Made by a program: the position numbers and the translations under genes. A DNA stretch of 63,931 bases from Octopus bimaculoides (Eukaryota), in the NCBI RefSeq assembly GCF_001194135.2, contig NC_068984.1, forward strand, positions 67,142,802 through 67,206,732, given 5' to 3'. Below are positions 38,812 to 53,716 of the stretch, one piece after another. The notes below the pieces were generated by a model. The model was given only the letters and a program-made list of their open reading frames with translations. It had not been told where the DNA came from and made no database searches. Within the stretch, counting starts at the first letter, position 1. Every line of letters starts with the position of its first letter.

Positions 38812-39257
38812 NNNNNNNNNNNNNNNNNNNNNNNNNNNNNNNNNNNNNNNNNNNNNNNNNNNNNNNNNNNNNNNNNNNNNNNNNNNNNNNNNNNNNNNNN
38901 NNNNNNNNNNNNNNNNNNNNNNNNNNNNNNNNNNNNNNNNNNNNNNNNNNNNNNNNNNNNNNNNNNNNNNNNNNNNNNNNNNNNNNNNNNNNNNNNNNNN
39001 NNNNNNNNNNNNNNNNNNNNNNNNNNNNNNNNNNNNNNNNNNNNNNNNNNNNNNNNNNNNNNNNNNNNNNNNNNNNNNNNNNNNNNNNNNNNNNNNNNNN
39101 NNNNNNNNNNNNNNNNNNNNNNNNNNNNNNNNNNNNNNNNNNNNNNNNNNNNNNNNNNNNNNNNNNNNNNNNNNNNNNNNNNNNNNNNNNNNNNNNNNNN
39201 NNNNNNNNNNNNNNNNNNNNNNNNNNNNNNNNNNNNNNNNNNNNNNNNNNNNNNNNN

Positions 39258-39300
<43 letters not shown>

Positions 39301-42300
39301 CACAGCACACAACACACACACACACTACACGCACATTCATACAAATACATGAAACGAGTCAATAGAAGAATATGTAGTAGTGTTTAAGAATGACTGAGAA
39401 GGAAGAATGAAAGAGTGGATGTGAGGGATAGGAAGTGTGGGGCAGAGAAGAAGAAAAAGAGTGACGAAGTGAGAGTGTTAAGCTGTGTATCGAAGGGAGA
39501 TAAGTGGTACTGCACGGGGAAGTAGGAAGAAGGAGAGAGAAAAGAGAGAAAGAAAGTAGAGAGAGAGAGAGAGAGAGAGTAGAGAGTGATGTTTTGTGGA
39601 ATTACGAGGTGATAGTGAGAGTAGGGAGAAAAAGCAACACCGATGAGCGAGAGCATGAGCATATACATGTATGTACATATGCAATAGTAGTTTGCTTTAA
39701 TGTTGATTTTGGTAAGGATATTAACTGATATAGGTGGCGCTCATATTCGTGAAAAAGTTTAATTTTAAATATCCTGGAAAATTTAATGCATGCGTTCTGG
39801 TGGAAATAATTGTTGTCTGCTAGGCATTTTCTTCGTAAATTTCATCTTTCAAAAAGTGACTACTATATTTTCATTATGCATAATATTATTCTGCAACCAT
39901 TTACGTATGAAAGACTACAATAATGCAATGGAATAGATGACATAATCCATTATGGATACAGCATTTATATTATATAAAATACAATTTCAAAAGAAATTAT
40001 GTACTTCATGGTTCTCTACAAATTTTAAAACAATCTTATAAATTTGAAAATAACCATGAACATTCCACGCTAACTGCGTATATAAAATAAGAATGCATAT
40101 GTTTTAGAAGGTGAGAAACAACTATTAAATTTTGTTTGAAGCATAGAATTACTTTTTCTGAAAATAGATTTTATGATAAATTTTAATATTCTATACATTC
40201 CCCAAAGTAATATTTTGACAGTAGGTTGTGATACAGTTCTCTTCCACAATTGATATATTACTAATAAAACAAATTTGAAATAATTTTCTCGTATAAATTT
40301 ATATATTAATTTTCATAATGCACACACATACACACAAAATATATATTTAGATTAAACGAATTTCCTAGTCATGCCTTTTAAAGTTATAGCGTCATTGAAT
40401 CAAATGAAAACTGAATCTTTGCGTTATGGATGAATTATACATCAACTATAAGTCTTGGAAAGGCAAACCAAATTCACCACGAAAACGATATTTTATTACG
40501 CTTTGAGGAAATGATGAAGAAACGGAAAAATTGTAGTTTCCTTGAAATGAAATGGCAGCTATAATTACTTTACGTCTGAACATTTTTATTGCATATAAAA
40601 TGTATTATATAACTTCAACTATCTCGTTTTAAAATAGATCATACAGAATATTCTTGATGATTTCATATATGCATACTGAAATTGTATGTTAAGTTGAGTT
40701 AGTAATAATATTTGCATATATATGAGAAAGAACGTACGTATATGTACGTTTAGGTAAATTTATTGCGGAGATCGAGTAACAAGAGTTAAAGTAATATAGA
40801 AAGTATGGAGTAGTCAGAAAAAATAGAACAAATACAAACTGAAAGGTCGAAGTAGTTTATGCTCCATTATGTAACCCTTTAGAAGGATATTTTACGAATG
40901 AGTACTACGATGCGCTGATTTCAAAATTTATATGACATTAAGCTTGAGTTCTTAGAATATTTTTTATCCATTTAAATAAAAGCAATTTCACAAAAATAAT
41001 GACATTTGTAAAGATTTATTATACAAAGTTAAATGACTTATAAATTCTCTTCAAATACCGAAACCTAATTGTAAATATGTTATTTTATTTCAGGATTCTT
41101 GTTTTCTAATCATCAGCAAATCATACAAGCAATTTGCTCGGATAACCATTGCAGAATTTGATTCAGTGCGAAAGCAATTAGTTTGTGTTACCGACTATAT
41201 TGCATTTCGACCAAATTTGATTGTGAAAATGTTTCTAACTGCTGTAAATTCACAATCAATACCTTGTCTACACATTATTTGAACAATTAACAATTATGGT
41301 GGAATATTATGGCGGAATTATATAGTGCCGATTACAATTACTTAATAGTGTAATACAATTGTTAATAATACTTCGATATAATGTTAATTATAAATTATAA
41401 ATTTTCTTCCAAAAGACACAAATCAAATTCCGAATGTATTTTATTTCGTATGATGTCGTGTCATAAGAAGTAAAGTCTTATTTGTATTTTCTAATGAAGG
41501 TCTATTTAGATTACAGCTACAATTCAATCGTGAAACGAATAATAAAATGAGGTAAGATTCGGAATTTAAAGAAAAGTCCTGCTGGCACTAGGAAGGATTT
41601 CTTTTTCTTATTTCAAGAAGGATAAGTATCGTAAACGTTAGATTTTTTTCACTTTTAACACCAAGGTAACACACTTTGCGCAAAGGTTACCCTGTCTTTT
41701 TCAACCATATTCTATTTAGAATTACAATATGTAACATATCTTGCCTTGCTTAAGACGCTAGAATATAATTTTGGGAGGCATTTCGCTGCTATTTCCGGCA
41801 GGTCGCGTGGCCATATAGAAGCTTTGTTTTGTTGGTTTGAAATAATTGCGTAGAACAATTTATTTAGAATATCTTTCTGACTAAAAAAGATTAGTAAATG
41901 AAGCATTCAATCTATAAGATCCAACCACTCACATTTACTATATTAAACGAACTAGATGCTTTATAAATTGATATTTGCTAGAATAGCTAATTTTGATTAG
42001 CAGTTGCTTCATCTACGGGCAATACCTAACATATAATTTTAGTGATGTCTAAATATTTAACGTTGCACTCATTCATACTTTTTGCTAATATGAAATATCA
42101 TTATAGTTACTAAACTCGACTCGCATAAAACTGAATTAGAATTCACGAAAAGATTAATCTTTGCTGGTACTGTAATTATATCAGTTTGGAGATGAAACTA
42201 ACGACAAACACTAATATTGTTTACACAGAATAGTTGGAGATTTATGTAAAGCATTTCACACACGTTACTGAACTACATTGATTATATCATTACTACTCAT

Positions 42301-44329
42301 GGGAATGATATATGTGTAGAATTTAAAAAAAATTAATTTACTATACATATCTAATGATATATGTTCTTGTATAATAAGCCGTCATTACATTTGTATATAA
42401 TTTGCATGTAAACATTTTATTTTTATTTTAGGAAAATATTATCAAATCATGAAACATGACAAGTCTAGATTATAGTTTAGCAAATATGTATTTTATGCTT
42501 CAGGTGTAGACGTGGCGATGTCCAAAAGATTTTCAGCTGTCATTTAAGGTCAAACGGAGCATTCATTGAAAAGTGTGAATTATTTCCAAGTGAAAGCACT
42601 GTTGCTCAGGCAGGAATCACGCTGGTGTTGATAGAGGTCTACCTAATTACAGCATCATGTAGTCTGTGGTAGATAGTATTACTTCCTGCAGCAGATCTAC
42701 TATTCTTAGCCGTTAAATATATTCTATCAGAAGTTCTTTGTACAAAGACATGTTGTGTATTATTACTTGAACACACTTTCCACATGAAAAGACATGGCAG
42801 AAATATAATTATTTCTATGGCAGAAATAAAGTTATTGAAGTGTAAAATTAATGAAAATGAGAATCCGATACGTCAAAATCTCATATACGTTTTCGTTATA
42901 ATTCTATTAATGACAGTAACTGTATTTCTGTAGCTGTGACCAAACATATAATTATTAATAGTAGTAGTTGTGAGAATGAAGTTGTCTGTTTTATTATAAT
43001 TAAATACCTAGGTTGTTCTTTAATTCTATTTTTGTTCAAATTTTTCAATTTACTTCTTATCTTATTGCATAGTTCCATTTCAAAATCGAGTTAAGATATC
43101 GAGCATAGATTTTGAAGTAACATGAATATTTTATAAATCAGACATTTTTATAATTGTGGTTATAATTCAATGAAACCATGTTATCTTTTATTACAATCTG
43201 AAAGAGAAAACGAAGGTTCAAAATATTTTACCTCTGCTGCATCTCTAAAAAAATTCTGAAACCAATTTAAGATTGTCTGGCCTTTTACAAGAAACTAGCT
43301 CGATTAAGTCTGCTTGCACATCACATGTTCTGAGCATTCTATAAGTTTTAAGGCATACACATTTTAATGAGTGACGTAATTAAAATACTCAATCTTCTTT
43401 CTTATCTAATGATAACATGTTGAGTAATGGTAAAACTAATTACTAATTACTTATTCAGTATATACTTAGTGCTGAATAAGTATTTAGTACAGGAAAAATA
43501 AAACTGTGTAATGCATACTATGTCTCAATGGTATTAAAATTTTACTACACGCGTCAGTAGGTGACAACTCGGAGCGGAATCTTAAATTCATGCCAATTTT
43601 GAACTAACAAGAATGTAGCTACATTGCATTCTCATGAAATAGTATTTCTAAAGCAATGATTATAAACCCTTACTGTAGTGAGAACATATCGTGAGTTATC
43701 AGATGATGAGTAAAAGACATTGGAAATAAAGCGATATATTGATAACTGGACATTTGTATATCTGGTAATTAATTTAGAATATATTTCTGATAAAATGTGT
43801 AAGCCTTGTAAAGCAGAACACAATAATATTATGAACATTCATTGAAATATTTCCTCACCAAATAAAAATCAACATGGAAAAATAGAAAGGGAGGGTATAA
43901 CATCGGTATAGTCAAATTTTGTTTGAAAACTGAAGTTTATTTAGAAAGATGATTTCAATGTTAGAAAATATAGAACACAATTTAGAGATAAGCAGTTTTT
44001 TTTTTTTTTGGAAGTGCTACAGTCTCATGATCAATTTGAATGTATGCATGATATCGATGCAATCATATACAGCTAGAAAAGATATGTTATATTTTGGAGA
44101 CGATGGCACAATAAACATACCTTACACTTTGCTTTTCATGTGATTTGATTGTTGCTGTCAATGTTCTTTTCAAATTTCAGTGAATACATTCGATATATAC
44201 AAACTGACTGGGGTATTTCATATCTTTTAAACGTATAAAGTGAAAAAAATCTAACGCTGATTTGACATCCCATTGATATATCAGTGTCTGTATTTGTGGA
44301 TAATTGTATTTGAAATGGTTCAAGAGAGA

Positions 44330-44382
<53 letters not shown>

Positions 44383-44514
44383 AGAAGNNNNNNNNNNAGA
44401 AGAAGAAGAAGAAGGAAATGCAATTTCTGTATGATACCGATATAAGATTTGCGCATGCGTTTTCTGTATTCTGTATTGCATAATTATTTCAAACTTCACG
44501 CTATGTGGGCAAAA

Positions 44515-44735
44515 GTGGCGAGCTGGTAGAATCGTTAGCGCGCGTCGGACAAAAATTATTAGCTCAACTTTTTGCGGTTCTTTACGTTCAAAGTTAAAAT
44601 TCGGCCGTGGTTAACTTTGCTCTCTATCTTATCATCACTGCCGATAAAATAAGTACCAGTTGAGCACGAGAATCGATGTTATCAACTAACCTCCTAGCTC
44701 TAACACTGCTGGGCTTGAGCCAAAATTTGAAACTA
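44515..44735 (+). mobile_element. SINE family A copy (diverged)
   Basis: GGCGAGCTGGTAGAATCGTTAGC head; CGATAAAATAAGTACCAGTTGAG core; CCAAAATTTGAAAC end. Confidence 0.85.
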
Positions 44736-46561
44736 TTACTAGTTCTACCTGCATGTCACGTATGTAAATTCAAATTTTAAAAAGAAATAAACTACTCTGA
44801 AGTTACTCAAATCTTTTTGAGAAAATTATTCTGAAAAAGAACAGCTGTTGACAGTACTTGTTTCTATTATCACCAAATGAAAAAAAAAGGCAATTACTTA
44901 TTAGTTTAATGTGATGAAGTTAAAGCTAATTTGAATCTACGTGTTATACTTCTAGAACGAGACACAGGAAGAAAAGAAGGTTATCGAATATAACAATATT
45001 AGAGGGTGTAATTTTGAAAACCGGGAAGTTGCATGCTGTGGGAATTGTCTAAAAATTACAGTAAAAAAAAAAAAATAAATAAAGCAATCTCAAGCACTTG
45101 AAATAGTTGAGTACCGTGACGATTATATTATGAATATATTGAACATTGGAAAATTAAGCACATGATAGATACATACGAGATTCGAAACCGCCTAAAAGTT
45201 AGTGCCTTAGATTCTGCAAATGCGAAACTATGTGGTGTGCAACAATGAGTATATAATTCGGGATAACACTTTATCTATACTAAAATCTATTCCCGCATTC
45301 ACTGAAATTTAGACTTGAACTTGATATAAAATCATAAGCAATTATAATTGTTGTTATTTCTACTGCTTTCAAAACATATAAAGCATTCAATGAATGCATA
45401 TTTAGATATATGGTCAAACCTTGTCAATGTTTCTGAGGACTACAAAAGTTTAATAAATTGTTTAATGAGATATTTGGCAAGGTGAGACAATAAAAGTTTA
45501 CGATAAGTCAAATATATTGAATAGGTTTCGGTGGAGAAAATGCAACAAGATTATTCAAAAGAAGAAAATGACATTATAGTAAGACTATACATCATCCCTA
45601 AAGTAAATATTAAATAGCTTGAGCAACGGACATTTAAGAAGAATCGATACATTCAAATGTTCTAATGCTAGATGCATTTCAAATAAGGAATGTTAGCATT
45701 ACTTGTCAACACTAATTGGACACAACTCAATAATGGTTTTATGGAGAATACCAATTTGTTCTTCGTTTAAGAGCCTGAAATAGTAGTAGCAGTTGTGATT
45801 TCTTTTATGCGTTTCAACCATGAGGCTGGGGCCATGTTGGAGCACCACCATTGTTTAACTTCACATACGCGTTGATTAAAAGAGACTTAAAAGCAAAAGA
45901 TATTTCAATTGTGGCTATCTAAGCTTGGTTTTGATTTCACACTATGCGTTTCTAGGACCATTATCTAATGTTTATTTCTATTTTTGAAAAGAGAGTTGGG
46001 TACCATTTGAAGAAGATATAGCTATTATATCTATCATATCTAGCAATCATGTACAGTAGCACTCGTTAGCTCGTATTTGATGCAGTTAACATTCTATCGC
46101 AACACGTTAGCTTATTGGGAATCAATTTGATAATTTCATTAACAGATTACAAATCTGGGTCAACACGACAGAAAAACAACAAAAACACAAAAAACTAATT
46201 AACACCAATTAATTAAGAATTAGACTGAACTAAGTCGATCAGACTTCCTATTTTCAAGATTCACTATTAATTAGCTTAATTGCTAGTAAAACGATGTTAG
46301 TATATTCTTTCTAAATTGTATTGTTCTGTTGCCAATTTGTTATTACTACAACTCAACTTGATATATTCTTCACTAAATATACTGCTTAGTTTGTAGAATT
46401 GACAATTCCACACAAGATGGAAACGACTAGAAATATTCTTAGATATTCTTTTTAAATATTCCCATCTTACTTCTTTCGTTGTTTTGGCGTCATTCCAATC
46501 AGGTAACAACATACATTTTCACTGTACTTCTATTTTCTTCACACTCCCACGTAATCTTTTT

Positions 46562-46599
<38 letters not shown>

Positions 46600-47063
46600 T
46601 TTCTGTTCCTCCCACACGAACACACGCACCCTCTTTCTCTAACACTTATACACATACATTACCTGTATTTGCCGATCTGTTGCATATAACATAGACTTAA
46701 TCATACTGCTACAGAACAGAGTGAAGCACAGTTTGACAATGAATCGACAACCTAGATAAATGTGATCACCAAATTGGACAAATAATTTGAGAAACATGTC
46801 TTTTGGGACAAAGCGCTTGTATTTTAATTAAGGTTTTCTAGAATATGTGCTCAGTAAATAAAAGTAGGATTGCAGAGGGAAAATTACATATGAGATTTTA
46901 CTATTAAATTTAGAGTAAAATTTAATATTTATTTTCCACAAACTGATCTCGTATATTTTCTAATTTGACGAATCAATATTAATAGTGTAATAACACACAC
47001 GCACTCACTCACGAGTACGCACACACACACCCACACACACACACACACACACACATACACACA

Positions 47064-47103
<40 letters not shown>

Positions 47104-47113
47104 NNNNNNNNNN

Positions 47114-47188
<75 letters not shown>

Positions 47189-49627
47189 ACACACACACGC
47201 ACAAACACACACGTAAATACGCAAAATCTTTACAAATTCACCATGTAAATATTTCCAGTTGTTACACACATTTCATACTTAGAGCTTAGAGTCTTTGAAG
47301 TCATATGGTTAGGGTGATATAATCTCTTGTGGTTGTTACACTGAGTGGCAAGAAAAAGCCAATGGATGCTCTCCCTTATTTTATCATCGTTATCGTCGAC
47401 AGTTTCAGAAGATAGGGTTATCCAACATTAGTAATACCTTTGTCTCATCAGCAGAAACTTTGATAACATGCTTCTGCTGTTTAAGGACAACAAGAATGTG
47501 AGAAGAACCAGATATTTTCTTTTTTGCAAAGAATAATGAGAATAATGTACTGGTAATAGGTTGTGTGGTATCTTTTAAATTATATTGACATGCTGATCAC
47601 CCTTTCTTTAAATTTAGACGTTGCCTACCTTATCGTCTGCATGCGTGGGATACTACTCTGAAATACATTCCTTGTATATTTATGACCTTGTGTACTAGAT
47701 TCATTCCTAAAGTCAAGCTCACCGGCTTTTTTAACAAGATTACTGGCTAATCGTGGCACTAGCGCTTGTTCTGACATTGTTTTTCTATATAACGGTGGTG
47801 TAGAGATGAGTCGCTGCTATCTCTAGCCGTCGGGTGTCCATCATGGACGAGACAAAGAATGGTCGAAATCACGTGAGCTGGTGGTCTCGAGGAATTTATC
47901 TCCCCGCAAGTCATATAAACAAGAATGCATTTTGCACCAAAGGCCAATATGAAAGTTTCTCACAGTATCTAACGCAGTACAGTTTGTTCTAACAGAACAT
48001 TAACATTTTAATGGGCATAATTATTACCCATAAAAATCTCAGCTATTCCGGTTACTAGCTATCTATAAAAACTAATTTCATTGGGATATTATGAGTGCTT
48101 TAAACTTGACTCATTTAAAGTCGCCCTGAATTATTCCATTTCCACATTTCGAGCACTGCTTCATTCACTTTAGGAAATTTGATAAACCATTGCATTCCGA
48201 TTTTGAAATCGTTGTCACATTACAGATCATTGAAGAATAAACTAATTTCAACATTGCCCTTTCAATATTTCTATATTTCGCCATTTTAAAACGGTTTCTT
48301 GCACTAAGATGATGGCTTAGGATTTGCATAAATATCATATTTTAAAGAAAATGTAAAGAGTTAGGTCTTCGAGACTATTTCGATTTTAATATTAGACTTC
48401 ACAAAATATCATTACTGAAGAAGCAATCAATAAATTCCAAGTAAACTCTATGTTTTACTTACATTTAGGATCACATGCTTTTTAGTTAGATTACTATTTT
48501 ACTTTGAAGCTATGGGGAAGAATACAATAAAACAGATGCCTAATAATTGAAATATCAGCGAAAAATGTAAGAAAAAGTGCCACTAGATTATTTCACAGTA
48601 ATCTGACGAAGAATTATTATGAAGAACAGAATTATTACAAGAAAAAGAGTTTCAGAAAAAATATTTTCAGCGAATTTATTCACATAAAACTTCTCAATAC
48701 GAAAGACGAGTGCATGAGGCTAACTAAAATAGAAAGGTTTTATACAAGCAACGGGGTGAATCTGGTTAATTGAGAGAAGCATGGAGGCGAGGAGTGAATA
48801 AATTCGAATTCTAGACGAATTAAGATATTCGGAGCGAGAGTAAAATTAGGAAGCAAGCAGGATATATTTCTAAGAGAGACAGTAAAATTCTATGTATGCA
48901 TATGTGTGTGTATATAAATGTGTGCGTGTGTATGTATATAAATGTGTGTATACACACACACTCCACTCAAACACACACATGCTATGAGGTGAACCCAAGC
49001 ATCTTAACCATTAATGTTTTCGTAAGATAAATTTTAGTAGATACACAAGATAAGACTTAAATATTTCTCTTGTTTAAACAATCTTACCGTTGGCGGTAAA
49101 TGAAAGACTGATGGGACGGTGTCGTTTCAATCTGTCTTATAGTTTAATCAGTAATCGGTTACTTTATAGTCTATTGCTACCGCATAACTGCTTTTATAGC
49201 TTCTCGTATCACTTTTATAAGTAAATCAGTTGGACTAAATTGTATATATGATACGTTTCCGGCTGTTAGTTCTGTTACATATATTACTGACATACCAATA
49301 GTATTTAGCCGTTACTGCGTTCATAAATTAAATAAATTTACTAGATATAAAAGACAGACTTAAACGTCATATTTATAGGAAGTCACAATGGACAGTAATA
49401 TACCGACATACTGGACAAGTTTATATAAAATGTAGTTGCAGTTTCATCCTCATAATATATGGTAGAACGTATGTCACGTCTACAAAACTTGTGCTTTCGT
49501 GTCGCAATGGTAGCCTTTGATATTTTCTACCCCAAAGGATTTTTTCAGCCCAATATTTACAGAATATTATTTATAATTGTACATATGCTACGAGATGCAG
49601 TTCTACACTCACACACACTGGCACACA

Positions 49628-49682
49628 CACACACGTTCGCGTGTGCACGCACACACACACACACACACACACACGTTCGCGT

Positions 49683-49717
<35 letters not shown>

Positions 49718-49750
49718 CGCGTGCACATACACACACACGTTCGTGTGCAC
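49628..49750. repeat. Compound minisatellite: (CA)n + CGTTCG(C/T)GTG, 4 units
   Basis: Four copies of acacgttcgcgtg / acacgttcgtgtg separated by variable (CA)n. Confidence 0.9.
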
Positions 49751-50359
49751 ACACACACATACACACACATATACGCATATTGGAGAGCAGAATTAAAGAA
49801 AATCAGTTTATCAATGCAATATATATATATATATATATANNNNNNNNNNNNNNNNNNNNNNNNNNNNNNNNNNNNNNNNNNNNNNNNNNNNNNNNNNNNN
49901 NNNNNNNNNNNNNNNNNNNNNNNNNNNNNNNNNNNNNNNNNNNNNNNNNNNNNNNNNNNNNNNNNNNNNNNNNNNNNNNNNNNNNNNNNNNNNNNNNNNN
50001 NNNNNNNNNNNNNNNNNNNNNNNNNNNNNNNNNNNNNNNNNNNNNNNNNNNNNNNNNNNNNNNNNNNNNNNNNNNNNNNNNNNNNCGTCATTTTGCACTT
50101 TTACATATTCTTCTTTGGCTGATTTCTTCAGAGTGGTGGGTTTCGTTTCATCACACCTTTGTGTTTCCCCCTTGGTTGTTGGCTCATTTGGTGTATGAGT
50201 GAGTTTGACACTGTTACCCTCATCTATAACTCGTGCCGGGCCGTTGCTTCATCCGGTATTATGGAGAGGAGAATGTCTGGCTAATATACAATTTTGTATA
50301 CACATATATACGCAGTCCAATTTTGTGTACGTTTGTTATATACGCTACATTCCCTCCTT

Positions 50360-50464
50360 GCTTGCTTTCCTTCCTTCTCCCTTTCTTTCTCTATTTCTTT
50401 CTTCCCTTCCCCCTTTCTCTCCTTTCTTCCTTTCTGTCTTTCTTTCTTTCTTTCATTCTTTATC

Positions 50465-50498
<34 letters not shown>

Positions 50499-50505
50499 TT
50501 TCCTT
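50360..50505. repeat. (TTTC)n/(TTCC)n pyrimidine-rich tract
   Basis: Directly visible. Confidence 0.9.
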
Positions 50506-51531
50506 CCTCGCGATAGCCACACTTTCTCTCTTTCTATATTAATAACGTTCTTATCGATATGTTACCCTCCCCCTCTACTTCATAGGTTAAGATACAATTT
50601 TTGTTACCAGCGCGTAATTTTTTCGTGCACGAGCTTGACTGCGTGTATATGTGTATGTGTATACATATCTATTCATGCATATATTTGTGTCTTGCAAATA
50701 TATACCTATATACGTACATTGTCTGTACGTATGCATCTGTATATTTTGATGTATATATATGTTTTGGATAGTCTAGTATGCGTATATACTGTTGTAATTT
50801 TATTTTTAATGCAGCGTATGTTTTATTTTATTTGGTTTTAATGTGTTAATTCGAATATGATTAATTATTTACAATATGTATTTTGAGCCCATTTTTCTAT
50901 TTAAGCTTCGATTTTTTTTTTATAGGATGTATCTATATTATATTCATTTGTTTTGTTAACTGCGCACCCATGACCGTTATTTGAAACGACCAATGAAACA
51001 GATCTATGTGTTTTAAATTTTATATTAATTTTGATTGAATTGTCATTTCTTTCCNNNNNNNNNNNNNNNNNNNNNNNNNNNNNNNNNNNNNNNNNNNNNN
51101 NNNNNNNNNNNNNNNNNNNNNNNNNNNNNNNNNNNNNNNNNNNNNNNNNNNNNNNNNNNNNNNNNNNNNNNNNNNNNNNNNNNNNNNNNNNNNNNNNNNN
51201 NNNNNNNNNNNNNNNNNNNNNNNNNNNNNNNNNNNNNNNNNNNNNNNNNNNNNNNNNNNNNNNNNNNNNNNNNNNNNNNNNNNNNNNNNNNNNNNNNNNN
51301 NNNNNNNNNNNNNNNNNNNNNNNNNNNNNNNNNNNNNNNNNNNNNNNNNNNNNNNNNNNNNNNNNNNNNNNNNNNNNNNNNNNNNNNNNNNNNNNNNNNN
51401 NNNNNNNNNNNNNNNNNNNNNNNNNNNNNNNNNNNNNNNNNNNNNNNNNNNNNNNNNNNNNNNNNNNNNNNNNNNNNNNNNNNNNNNNNNNNNNNNNNNN
51501 NNNNNNNNNNNNNNNNNNNNNNNNNNNNNNN

Positions 51532-51564
<33 letters not shown>

Positions 51565-52722
51565 TTAAAATTTAATTTTTAAGATATTGTGAGTATTTTA
51601 ATTGTAGTTCATCAGTGATTGTGAGACGGTTAATTTTTACATTTAATTCATTTAATTATCTTACTACCGTTTTGTCTTTTCTATATTTATTTATTAGCTG
51701 ACCCCCGTGCCGTTTATAATTGACGGTTAATTGTTATTTAAACAAGGTACAAAATGAAGTACAAAGCAATCACAAATAGCAGCATTCACATATTTCCCAA
51801 TCAGGCAAATACACATACTCAAAAAAAATTGTAATGACGTAAGTTTTTATTTTCAGAGTTGTACGTTTCCATTACGCACGCATGTACGTAATACATATAT
51901 GTGTGCATACATGTATATATTTATGTATATATATATATATATATAGATGTATATGTATATATATGCATGTCTATATACTTANNNNNNNNNNTATATATAT
52001 ATATGAGTCAGTGAAACTATTTGTCAAAATTGACAGTATGCATCAGTATTCGTTCATTTAAATTCTCATTTCTATAGTTTTCAAAATATTATTTAATATT
52101 AATGGAAACTTCATTAACTTTGCATATCTAAATAGATTTATTGATTGATATTATACATTTTCTTCGTAATTTTTTTGTTTCATTTTCATCAACTTTTCCG
52201 CAGTCTGCATTGTTTCGGTAGGAATTTTGCGTAATAAGTGCTTCACTTAATTACGAATTCTAACAGCATCGCACAGAATAGTGAGTGAATGTCTGCTGGC
52301 GAGGTATGTGAATTGAAATTTTGTAGAGTAAAACACTATCACACTGCTGCAAGAGCTTTACAATTTTGTTCAAAGACTTTAATTGCAGATCGATTTAACA
52401 AAAACAGATATACCTTGTTTTCCATAGAGTTCACTGTCGCATTAATGTCGAGTATTGCTTGTTTCTTTGCCTCATAAATCTGGAATACTCAGGGAAGTTT
52501 AATAACCTCTGCCCTCTCGTCTCTCACTAACAATTATCAATATTTATTATATGACAGAAGCCAGTTAAGTTTCTTGATTTGTTTATGATATAAGGCATTA
52601 AATCTTCTTACACTAACTTCATCTACAATTAGAGAAAAGAAATAACTCAAGTCTGAACTGGTCACCAACCTGTAAAGCTCACAAAGAAGCTGAGATGAAT
52701 GAAATATATTCTAATTTAACAT

Positions 52723-52759
<37 letters not shown>

Positions 52760-52899
52760 CACACACACACACACACACCACACACCACACACACACACAC
52801 ATATGTGTCGAATGTGGAAGAAAGACTATTCAGTATGAAACTATAGATTAAATAGATTAATATCATTTTTATTATGATCAGCTTCCTCCTACGCTGGAA

Positions 52900-53040
52900 T
52901 ATCGCCAGATATGGTATGACTCAATATTTGCGGTTGTCCTTTCTCGTCACAAAAAGGAATCATTTTTTAATTGAATTGTAGCACGTGATGAGGAATGGAT
53001 CCAATACAACAAACGTAAACGTTCAGCGCAATGGTTCTTT
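52900..53040 (+). mobile_element. Mariner (DD34D, Mos1/SETMAR-like) transposase fragment
   Basis: LSRHKKESFFN*IVARDEEWIQYNKRKRSAQW (52939-53034), cf. EPFLDRIVTCDEKWILYDNRRRSAQW. Confidence 0.7.
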
Positions 53041-53079
53041 ACTTGAAAGCAGACAATAACAAATCACCAAAGGTCTTCC

Positions 53080-53716
53080 TCTGTGACTCAAAGAGCAAAT
53101 ACTCTCGTTAGAATGCATACTGTACCCAACAATGCTGTCTTCTGGATCACTTCGAGCCTGACAGCAGCTCCAATATTCTTAATATGTTTTTCAAAGCTCG
53201 TCTTCAGACGACAATATAAAGCTGCTGGAGATTGTGGTCAAACTCTAGCTGAAGAGAGTTGCTGCTGGAAGGCCATATGAGTGACATTAGGATTTGGTTC
53301 ATTGCCACACCTCTAGAAAGAGAAGTGATTATCGGGGGATTTCTACGTCTTCATCAGACCCATTTTCTGGCCTTTAAATACCCCCGATCGTAATCTCAAC
53401 AATTTTTACGAGCGGTTACAGTTGATAATGACTCCAACCACTCTGTCTGCAACACCGAGGCTGAACTGGTAACCAAGATCAAAGAGGCGTTTGAAAATCT
53501 TCCCAGGGACACAGTAAAACACGCCTGCACCAGGTTCTTTGAGGCCGTCTTGAAGCCGTTGTTGAAGCTGGGTGCAGCTACTTTAAGTAACCTTTCATCT
53601 ACCAACTTTAATCTAGTTAATATTGTTCTGATTTTTAAAGTACTTTTAGTTTGGGATAGGATATTGTTTTCCCTTTCACTTTAATGCAAATTATTAAATT
53701 TATTCCGAACATCCTG
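53080..53716 (+). mobile_element. Tc1/mariner 3' part, maT (DD37D)-like, decayed
   Basis: IKLLEIVVKL*LKRVAAGRPYE*H*DLVHCHTSR..FWPLNTPDRN..CNTEAELVTKIKEAFENLPRDTVKHACTRF..RLEAVVEAGCSYFK*; ends CATCCTG|TA (reverse complement TA|CAGGATG). Confidence 0.8.

Noticed and set aside
49085-49100. Short hairpin TTACCG-TTGG-CGGTAA
   Set aside because: A 6-bp stem is within chance expectation and there is no supporting context.
51690-51725. ATTAGCTGACCCCCGTGCCG resembling a Helitron 3' end on the minus strand
   Set aside because: Terminus would be CTAA with a poor hairpin, and no matching 5' TC end was found.
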